A stretch of 64,000 nt of DNA from Verrucomicrobiota bacterium (GTDB lineage: Bacteria > Verrucomicrobiota > Verrucomicrobiia > Limisphaerales > CANJXF01), in the NCBI GenBank assembly GCA_038214755.1, contig JBBQRQ010000007.1, positions 1-64,000 of the forward strand, read 5' to 3'. This document shows, one piece after another, positions 53,077 to 60,252 of this stretch; the first letter of the stretch is position 1, and the number at the start of each line of letters is the position of its first letter. The notes below the pieces were generated by a model. It was given only the letters and a program-made list of their open reading frames with translations. It had not been told where the DNA came from and searched no databases. The translations under genes and the position numbers were made by a program.

Positions 53077-53572
53077 AGGATCGGGGCATTAATGCCAATG
53101 CTACGGCACCAAACATATCCATCCGGGCATCCTCGCTCTTCCACGGAACACGTTTTGGTGGCAACCGGAATCCGAGTTCATCCGAAAATTTGTCGGCAAT
53201 GATTTGAGCGATCTGATGTTTGGTGCCGTGTCCATCAGGAACAAAGGTACGACTCACCTGCTCGCGCGGAAACAACAGGACAGTGACATTGCGTTTTTCC
53301 GCCCGGAAGATGATTCGCTTGGTGAGCATCCGAATCCTCGTTGAACGCCGGAACGGTTTAATGGAAGTATCTTCAAGAACCAGTACGTCAGGCTCATAAT
53401 GCTCGATCATCTCTCTTACCCTCGCAATTGATCCATTATTCTTGTCTCCATCAATTGCCTTCAGACCCCAATCGGCCAAGATGTTCTGTCCTTCAAGGAG
53501 CGCAAAACCGAGACCTCGAGTTGAGAGAGCTATTCCAAGGATACGAGGATATTTCGGGAGAGTCTTTGTCAT
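53009..53572 (-). CDS. RuvC-like/RNase H-fold protein, probably catalytically degenerate
   Basis: RILGIALSTRGLGFA, PDVLVLED, TKHQIA, MFGAVALA; 3' end overlaps gntR. Confidence 0.7.
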   Translation of the reverse strand: MTKTLPKYPRILGIALSTRGLGFALLEGQNILADWGLKAIDGDKNNGSIARVREMIEHYEPDVLVLEDTSIKPFRRSTRIRMLTKRIIFRAEKRNVTVLLFPREQVSRTFVPDGHGTKHQIAQIIADKFSDELGFRLPPKRVPWKSEDARMDMFGAVALALMPRSFISAVLLSIPPVDREQVLRDRG

Positions 53573-53583
53573 GATGTTCTGGG

Positions 53584-53916
53584 TTAAGAAGCCGCAAGGT
53601 CAGCGAATGCTTCGCGTTTACGAACGCTCTGGGAACTAGGTTTGCCGAAATCTTTTCTTTCCGATAAAATCTTGGCCCGCTCGGTTACTTCTCCTTCGAC
53701 TTTTTGATAGAGACCAGCAAAGAGTTCACTGGTTGATCTTTTGTAAACGACCTCGAACGCCAAGGCGGTTCTCAAACTTGGCTCACGAGCAAACCGTTCG
53801 TAACGGGAAATCTTGGCTCCGCTTCTAGTGCCCAACAGAAAAGCCACTTCATCTTGGGATAAAGCAAGGCGCTTTCGGTTTGCTTTGAGGTAATTGGGTA
53901 GTTGTGGCGAAGACAT
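53584..53916 (-). CDS. XRE-family HTH transcriptional regulator
   Basis: NYLKANRKRLALSQDEVAFLLG....ISRYER..REPSL. Confidence 0.9.
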   Translation of the reverse strand: MSSPQLPNYLKANRKRLALSQDEVAFLLGTRSGAKISRYERFAREPSLRTALAFEVVYKRSTSELFAGLYQKVEGEVTERAKILSERKDFGKPSSQSVRKREAFADLAAS

Positions 53917-54160
53917 GGAATTGATCAACTCTGAATGAGTTACAAGTTACAGTATCCGATCACTCGGATTACCTCACGGGGGCAACCTTTGCCGGAATCG
54001 GCAAGATTTTACAAAAACACCGAGCGTTTTTGCTCGGCGCTATCGGAAATATAAAAGCACATTTCTGGAGATTTGTACAGTATTCTTTGTGATTCAACTT
54101 GCCTAAACCTACAAGCTTCACCGTCTGCCTCGCCGTATAGAGATGGGTCAGACTTAAGTG

Positions 54161-54331
54161 ATGAAAATTGAGCAGACCCAGATCGATGAGTTGAATCGCA
54201 TTTGTATGGAGTCCTTTCAAAGAAATTTCTCCGAAACCGAATTACAGGAGATTGCCCAAAGGATCATTCGCTTTCTCAAGAATACCGAAGGCTTCCCCGC
54301 TCCACTTTCGCACGACGTTGACCCGGATTAA
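54161..54331 (+). CDS. Small helical protein upstream of the recombinase (below the ORF-track cutoff)
   Basis: ATG..TAA, 56 aa MKIEQTQIDELNRICMESFQRNFSETELQEIAQRIIRFLKNTEGFPAPLSHDVDPD. Confidence 0.6.
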   Translation: MKIEQTQIDELNRICMESFQRNFSETELQEIAQRIIRFLKNTEGFPAPLSHDVDPD

Positions 54332-54347
54332 CGTCGTACGTTAAGCT
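54318..54347 (+). promoter_or_regulatory. Putative sigma70 promoter of the recombinase with operator-like palindrome
   Basis: TTGACC-18nt-TAAGCT; TTAACGT-cgt-ACGTTAA at 54328-54344. Confidence 0.5.
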
Positions 54348-54362
54348 AGAACAATCCCTTCC

Positions 54363-56201
54363 ATGACCCCCTATGTAATTTACAGTCGAAAATCGCTGGA
54401 GGATGAAGACAGTCAAGTGCAATCAATTCCGTCCCAAGAGAAGGAAATGAAATCGATTGCGGCTAAATTCAATTTGACCCTCGTCGAACCTCTGCTGAGT
54501 GAAGCCAAATCCGCCAAAGCACCTGGCCGGCTTGTTTTCAACGAGATGATGGAGCGGGTTGATAAAGGTAAAATCAAAGGAATACTTTGCTGGAAACTTG
54601 ATCGGCTTGCCCGCAATCCCGTTGACGGCGGACGGATCATTTGGGCAATCAAGCAACATGGTTTAGTCATCAAGACCCCTCACCAAACTTTCTCCCAGGC
54701 GGAGGATAACTTGATTCTCATGTATATCGAGTTTGGGATGGCTCAAAAATATGTTGATGATCTCAGTAGAAATACCACAAGAGGTTTGAAGGCCAAAGCT
54801 GAAAAGGGCTGGTACCCCGGTGTAGCTCCAATGGGATATTTAAACTCCAAGATAGAAGAACGTGGCAGTAAAACCATCCTGAGTGACCCGGAACGATTTG
54901 CGGCTGTCCGGCGAATGTGGGATCACATGCTCACGGGCAATTTCAGCCCCGCACGCATCCAGAAGATGGCAAATGCGGAATGGGGATTTCGCACTCGCCA
55001 AACCAAACGAACGGGAGGTAAAGCCATTTCAAGAAGCACGGTCTACAAAATCTTTTCTGATCCCTTCTATTATGGTCGGTTTGAATATCCAAAAAGAAGC
55101 GGGCTATGGTATGAAGGCCAGCATGAACGGATGATTACGGAGGCAGAGTTCAACTGCGTCCAAAAGATACTTCACCGCGAGACTAATCCGCGGCCTCATA
55201 CGGAATTTGTTTTCCATTTCCGAGGATTGATTAGATGTGGAGAATGTAATTCAAGTATTACAGCCCATTGTAAGGAGCAAGTGCGTTGCACCGGGTGTCA
55301 TTACAAATCGTCGGTCAAGAACCGCGCTTCCTGTTTTAAGTGTGGTCTATCACTCAATGACATGAAAGCTCCGAAGCTCAGGCAATACGCGTATTACCAT
55401 TGCACGCGCAAGCTCAATAGAGCTTGTCGCCAACAATGTATTTCTGCCGATGCCCTCGACAAGCAACTAACGGAAAAGTTGAAGGCTTACCGTCTGCCAC
55501 CCGAGTTCCGGGATTGGGGCTTGAAATATATTGAAAAACTAAAGGATCAAGATCGTGCGGAGAGAAAGCAAATCTTTGAAGAACGCAGAAAGACGTACGA
55601 CCAATGTCTATCTCGCTTGGAGAATCTGGTTAAGCTCAAGACAGCCCCCGAGAATGCTGACGGCAGTCTTCTTTCCGATGAGGAGTATCAAAAACAGCGC
55701 TCCGATTTACTCAATCAGAAAGGCAGTCTAGCAATGGATACTTCCACCTTTGAGATCGAATTGGAGAGCAAGACGCGCGTGGCAAAGGAAGCCTTAAACA
55801 CGATGGGCCAAATAGCCGAACCGACCTTCGATGGGGATGTTTTGAGAAAAAGAGAGATTCTGGCTGCTCTGGGATTGAACCACGTCTTAAAGGAAAAGGA
55901 GCTAGAGATTAGGCCGGAATTTCCCTTCTCTGACTTTCCATATGATGGAAAGCAGGATCGATCTAGTATTGACCCGATTGAACCGGAAAATATGCAGGAG
56001 GGACCAGGCTTAAATGGGGATACTATCTCTCCTTGTCCGAGACTGGAGCGGGACGTGGACGAAGATCGAACCAACGCATTGAAATCGTGCCTTCAATCAA
56101 TCTGGAAAAAGATTGATCCATCATCGCCGATTTTCAATCGCTTTCCTTTTAAACTAGGGGCACCAATTGTCCCCGTTCGTCGCGGGAGACGGCTAATTTA
56201 G
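54363..56201 (+). CDS. Large serine recombinase (resolvase + recombinase + zinc ribbon + coiled coil)
   Basis: YSRKS (catalytic Ser), WKLDRLARN, G..P.GY, FYYG, H..MIT...F, LIRCGEC, YYHC. Confidence 0.96.
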   Translation: MTPYVIYSRKSLEDEDSQVQSIPSQEKEMKSIAAKFNLTLVEPLLSEAKSAKAPGRLVFNEMMERVDKGKIKGILCWKLDRLARNPVDGGRIIWAIKQHGLVIKTPHQTFSQAEDNLILMYIEFGMAQKYVDDLSRNTTRGLKAKAEKGWYPGVAPMGYLNSKIEERGSKTILSDPERFAAVRRMWDHMLTGNFSPARIQKMANAEWGFRTRQTKRTGGKAISRSTVYKIFSDPFYYGRFEYPKRSGLWYEGQHERMITEAEFNCVQKILHRETNPRPHTEFVFHFRGLIRCGECNSSITAHCKEQVRCTGCHYKSSVKNRASCFKCGLSLNDMKAPKLRQYAYYHCTRKLNRACRQQCISADALDKQLTEKLKAYRLPPEFRDWGLKYIEKLKDQDRAERKQIFEERRKTYDQCLSRLENLVKLKTAPENADGSLLSDEEYQKQRSDLLNQKGSLAMDTSTFEIELESKTRVAKEALNTMGQIAEPTFDGDVLRKREILAALGLNHVLKEKELEIRPEFPFSDFPYDGKQDRSSIDPIEPENMQEGPGLNGDTISPCPRLERDVDEDRTNALKSCLQSIWKKIDPSSPIFNRFPFKLGAPIVPVRRGRRLI

Positions 56202-56230
56202 TCATGAGACTCTTTACTACCCGATGACCT
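56044..56230 (+). repeat. att-like repeat copy 1 (inside and after the recombinase 3' end)
   Basis: TGGAGCGGGACGTGGACGAAGATCGAACC followed by about 160 bp homologous to copy 2. Confidence 0.85.
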
Positions 56231-56436
56231 GAACGGGAGGAGGAGAGACCTAGACTACCTGTAATATCTCGTATTGATGGAGAAATTCCTTCCCTTTCTG
56301 CCGTCTTTATAAAGTAGTTTCTTCTCAGTTATTGCTTTGAATTCCTGAACTGCCTCCGTGATGATCATTATAGTACGGTATCAAAACTGGAGTAGGAGTA
56401 CAAGATTGCCGGAGGCGGCAAGAAATCTACACTGCT

Positions 56437-56465
56437 TTGCATTTTGGGTTAAAGTTTTATAGAAT
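56437..56465 (+). promoter_or_regulatory. Putative sigma70 promoter of hicBA (leaderless)
   Basis: TTGCAT-17nt-TAGAAT, 6 nt before the ATG at 56472. Confidence 0.65.
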
Positions 56466-56471
56466 GAAACT

Positions 56472-56720
56472 ATGAACCAATACACCTACTCAGTCGAAAT
56501 AGAAGCAGCGGAAGAAGGAGGATATGTCGCCTCTGTCCCCGCATTGCCGGGCTGTCATACGCAAGGCGAATCATTGGATGAAACAGTTGCCAATATCAAA
56601 GAAGCAATTGAAGGATTCTTACTGTCACTCGTAAAACATGGCGAGCCGATTCCTGTTGAGCGTGAGTCGAGACATCCTCTGACTATAAGCATAGGGGTAC
56701 GATCTCCGCTTGCTGCATGA
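56472..56720 (+). CDS. hicB: HicB family antitoxin (short, no DNA-binding domain)
   Basis: EEGGYVASVPALPGCHTQGESLDE...NIKEAI...GEPIP. Confidence 0.93.
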   Translation: MNQYTYSVEIEAAEEGGYVASVPALPGCHTQGESLDETVANIKEAIEGFLLSLVKHGEPIPVERESRHPLTISIGVRSPLAA

Positions 56721-56944
56721 CGCGGTTACCTATTCTCAATTCTAAGAAAATAATTAAGGCTTTAAAACAAGCTGGTTTTGAAGAGGACATTCAACATGGC
56801 AGTCATTTGTATTTTTGGCATCCGATAAAGAAACTAAGGACGTGTGTGCCAATTCATGCCGGCAAAGATATTGGTCGTAGCTTACTGAGAAAGATTTTAA
56901 CCCAGGCTCGACTTTCAGAGGATGAATTCCGAAAATTACTCTAG
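56717..56944 (+). CDS. hicA: HicA family toxin
   Basis: IIKALKQAGF....GSH....H......VPIH.GKDI; ATGA overlap with hicB. Confidence 0.93.
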   Translation: MTRLPILNSKKIIKALKQAGFEEDIQHGSHLYFWHPIKKLRTCVPIHAGKDIGRSLLRKILTQARLSEDEFRKLL

Positions 56945-57151
56945 ACACGAAAGGTGGTATTTTATTGCCCCGAAGTCCAAACCCAGCAAAGTGTTCCGTT
57001 CTCCTCACTCGATTAGCTGTCGAACAACATCTCTTCCTTGACCGTTTCAAAGAGAGACTGGAGTTTAAGAGCAGCTGGAGTGTTTACCTTGTTTACCATA
57101 CAAAAGTGGGTATCTCTCCTTTTTGAGGTAAACAGTCGGCCTTAGACCAAA

Positions 57152-57179
57152 GAAAAACCCCTAAGCTGAGGGGTTTTTC
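57152..57179. terminator. Bidirectional intrinsic terminator
   Basis: GAAAAACCCCT-aagctg-AGGGGTTTTTC perfect 11-bp stem with A/T tracts on both sides. Confidence 0.8.
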
Positions 57180-57209
57180 ATGGGGGCTATTCTTGCCAAT
57201 TTGGCAACT

Positions 57210-58310
57210 TGGAGCGGGACATGGACGAAGATCGAACCGTATCATTGAAGCTTGCTTTAGAAGGAATTTGGAAAAAGATCGTTCCTTCATTGCCGATTCT
57301 TGATCGCTACCCTTTCGTGAATGAAAAGCCAGTAATTCATGCTCTCCATCGTGATGAGAAGGGTCGTTTTGTTTAAGAAACAGATCCAATCAAATAATCC
57401 TAGAAGCCATTTCATAAGTTAAAAATTGTAAGTGCTTTGTACTTGTACTTTTACGAAGGATTTGTGAAAAGCTGGGGATGCAAAAAGCATTCTTATCAGA
57501 TGAGCAATGGAAAAAAATTGAGCCGCATTTGCCGTGCGACAAAAGTCGCGGACGGCCTTGGGCGGACAACCGCCGTGTCTTCGAAGGGCTATGGTGGATG
57601 CTTAAGACCGGCGCACGCTGGTGCGATCTACCCAAAGAATATCCCAGCCCCAGCACCTGCTGGAGACGCTTGCGCCGCTGGGAAAAGCAAGGCGTCTGGC
57701 TCAAAATCTGGCGGCAGTTTTTATCGGAACTGGACCAGCGCGGCAAACTCGATTGGAGTGAAAGTTTTCTGGATGGCAGTTTTGCTCCGGCAAAAAAAGG
57801 GGCTTTGGCGTCGGCAAAACCAAGCGCGGCAAAGGCACGAAGTGGATGGTGGTGGTCGACGGCCAAGGTGTTCCTCTGGGAGTCCAACTGGTCAGCGCCA
57901 GCCCGGCGGAAGTGACGCTGGCGGAGAGCACGCTGCAAAAAATTTCGGTGCCGCAGCGGCGCGGACGCCCGCGCCAGCGGCCTTTGCGCGTGGTGGCCGA
58001 CCGCGCTTACGACAGCGATGCCTTGCGCTGGCGTTTGCTGCAACGCGGCATGGTTTTGATCTGTCCGCATCGCAAGAACCGCCGGAAACCCTCGCGCAAC
58101 GACGGACGAGAACTGCGCCGCTACCGCAAGCGTTGGAAAGTCGAACGCACCTTCGCCTGGCTGGGCAACTTCCGACGGTTGCTGGTTCGTCACGATCATC
58201 ATCTGAATATTTATGAAGCGTTTTTCCACCTCGCCTGCCTCATCATCACCCTCAGGCACTTATGAAATGGCTTCTAGTCATTCTCAGATGCTATTACTAC
58301 TCGGTTGACT
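57210..58310 (+). repeat. att-like repeat copy 2 (interrupted by the IS5-family element)
   Basis: TGGAGCGGGACATGGACGAAGATCGAACC (28/29 identical to copy 1); homology resumes after the IS (tagtcat...ttactac.cg). Confidence 0.85.
57403..58274 (+). mobile_element. IS5-family (IS427-like) element, apparently intact
   Basis: Perfect terminal IRs GAAGCCATTTCATAAG/CTTATGAAATGGCTTC in a CTAG target; orfA 57478 and orfB ending 58265 joined by the A7G4 slippery site at 57792; DRAYD, RWKVERTFAWL. Confidence 0.95.
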
Positions 58311-58351
58311 CTAACTATATCACTCTCCCGCCGAATCTAAAAGAGACGGCT

Positions 58352-58600
58352 TTAGGAACTACCCCACTTGATCCAATCGCTCTGATGAATATTCGACTGT
58401 TGGATCATTGTCTTGAGTGTTGAGATGGGATAACTCCCATGAGTAATATTCACTTCGACCCGTCTATCTTTCTCCGCACCTTCTCCGTATTTTATCCAGG
58501 CCTCATGCGAGCCTTTTAATGGTTTTAAAAATCTGAATCCGTTCTTCTTCAAAAAGTGCGTAACATCTCGATATGTCCAGTTGCGTAATTTTCTTGTCAT
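58352..58600 (-). CDS. hicA: HicA-like toxin (no adjacent hicB seen)
   Basis: V..FLKKNGF.....KGSH...TLKTMI.QS. Confidence 0.8.
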   Translation of the reverse strand: MTRKLRNWTYRDVTHFLKKNGFRFLKPLKGSHEAWIKYGEGAEKDRRVEVNITHGSYPISTLKTMIQQSNIHQSDWIKWGSS

Positions 58601-59017
58601 GCCCCCAGAATAATTCTGAGGACCGTTGAAATACAGACGATGGGATTTGACGACAGCGGCAAGTCTTTTTTAGACGTCAAATGATCTTCCCTCCGAGGCC
58701 GTAGGGAAACCATATTCATTCTACTCGCAGCCGAAAGAGCGAAATGTTAGTCTGACGCACTACTGAAAGAGCATATTCCTTACTGTTGACCTTTTTCCAA
58801 TTTCTGAGGACGCCACTGCCCTACACCAGAATTTACCTTGTTGCCCTGCCGTCAATTTTAGCTCGCTAACCGATCCTGCCAACGATTACACAGGGAAGAG
58901 ACTGGATGATAAAGGTAAAAGATAAAAGAACCGTATTCTTCCAGGCACCAGACAGGCGTTTTATCTCTTTCGAGCGCCTGGATGTCAATTCACTTTCGCT
59001 GATTATATGCGAGTTGA

Positions 59018-59263
59018 TTACCCTTTCGACTCGCGAGGGTCTGCACTTCTAGGATAGGTACGCTCTTCTTGGAATCGAGCATTTTCCTTTTGGATTTTTA
59101 CTGAACCGCCTTCCTGGCCAAGAACTTTCTTAAGCACCCCGCCTTTGGTCGCGTCCTCTTTGGTCTCGAAGGTTTTAACGACCCGGTTGGTTTTATCATT
59201 TCCAAGGTCCCAACGGTCCTTTTTCTCGTTATATTCCAATGTGAATTTTCGTAAATTTGCCAT
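59018..59263 (-). CDS. DUF2188-like small protein
   Basis: W......R...F.TKEDA......GSVKIQ..N.RFQEERTYP...DP..SKG. Confidence 0.8.
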   Translation of the reverse strand: MANLRKFTLEYNEKKDRWDLGNDKTNRVVKTFETKEDATKGGVLKKVLGQEGGSVKIQKENARFQEERTYPRSADPRESKG

Positions 59264-59399
59264 ATTTTTTTAAGTTAGTTCTTCGGTGGTCGACCGAGCA
59301 CCGATATTGTTACAATGATATCAGTTATGGCAGGAATGTAAAGCTTGGTAGAATAGCGTTCTTGCCTTCCGTTCGATAACCCAGCATCTTGGCATGGTT

Positions 59400-59891
59400 G
59401 AGAACTGTCCTTTACAAGAGTTGTTCCATCAAGCCGGAAATCGCCCTAATCAATGGGTGAATCTCTCCCAAGAGGCATTTGAATTCGCCTCTACCGCGCG
59501 AGCTCGGTTTGCTAAAGGTGATCCAAAGACCAAAAAACGATTCTTTCCACTATCGCATCGAACTTAACCTAATCGACAAAAGCTTAGCATTGAAGCCAAG
59601 AAACCATTCTTTATCCTAGAAAATTCCGTGCGAGGTGAGGGATGTGAAAATCAAGAAATCGAACCTGAAATAATCCATGTGGAACGAGGACAGAAAGAGG
59701 CAAGGGCCTCTTCTGGTCCCGGATGGTGCGCCATCCGGGACGAAGATCGAACATTTCCATTAAAAAGCGGAGAGATAGTTAAGTCAATTTACCACTTCTT
59801 TCGAAGCGAATGTTCGTCGCCTAAATTTAAGTTGTCCGAATGGGCCGATTTAGGTCATGAAGAAAGCATGACAGAACAAGAAAAAATCTAA
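59400..59891 (+). pseudogene. C-terminal remnant of a second large serine recombinase carrying att-like copy 3
   Basis: LSQEAFEFASTARARFAKGD, (I)LSTIASNL, KLSIEAKKPF, IEPE-18aa-WCAIRDEDRT; frameshifts near 59540-59580. Confidence 0.75.
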
Positions 59892-59938
59892 AGTGGGTCG
59901 AACTTGCCGGAAGTGATAAGAATCATCACCTGCTCTGT

Positions 59939-60160
59939 TTACAGCAATTTTTGAAAGTCTTCCTCAGATACTTCTATTTGTTTCAAAATGAGTTTGAGCA
60001 ATGAACGTTTTGGATCCTTACCATGCTTTGGCACGCACGTTGTAACCCCTTTATAGGATGTTTCAAAATAAGGTGACTACCGCGTTGCCTATCCACCACA
60101 AAGCCGACTCGTTCGAGAGCTTGAATAATTTTACGTGCCGATAGAGTCGGCTGGCTGCCA
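59939..60160 (-). pseudogene. hicA: Frameshifted hicA paralog
   Basis: LSARKIIQALERVGF...QRGSHLILKHPIK / CVPKHGKD / RSLLKLILKQ...EEDFQKLL* split across frames. Confidence 0.8.
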
Positions 60161-60252
60161 ATTTCAAATATAAAAAATGACCGGTTGCGGACGGGATTTA
60201 GATAAAAGCTTGTTGCCAAGCGATCTTTTGGTTAAAAACTGCGGTCGACCCA

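Noticed and set aside
53009..53572. RuvC-like ORF as a TnpB/IscB/Cas12-type effector
   Set aside because: Only 187 aa, a single unsplit fold, no zinc finger or REC region, catalytic Asp residues missing
57390..58259. 289-aa antisense ORF and 259-aa alternate-frame ORF over the IS5-family element
   Set aside because: Shadow frames of the GC-rich transposase gene
56044..59752. GTTCGA...CCA segments as tRNA genes, or the repeats as a CRISPR array
   Set aside because: No cloverleaf or acceptor pairing; the intervals are 1.2-2.5 kb and gene-bearing; no cas genes
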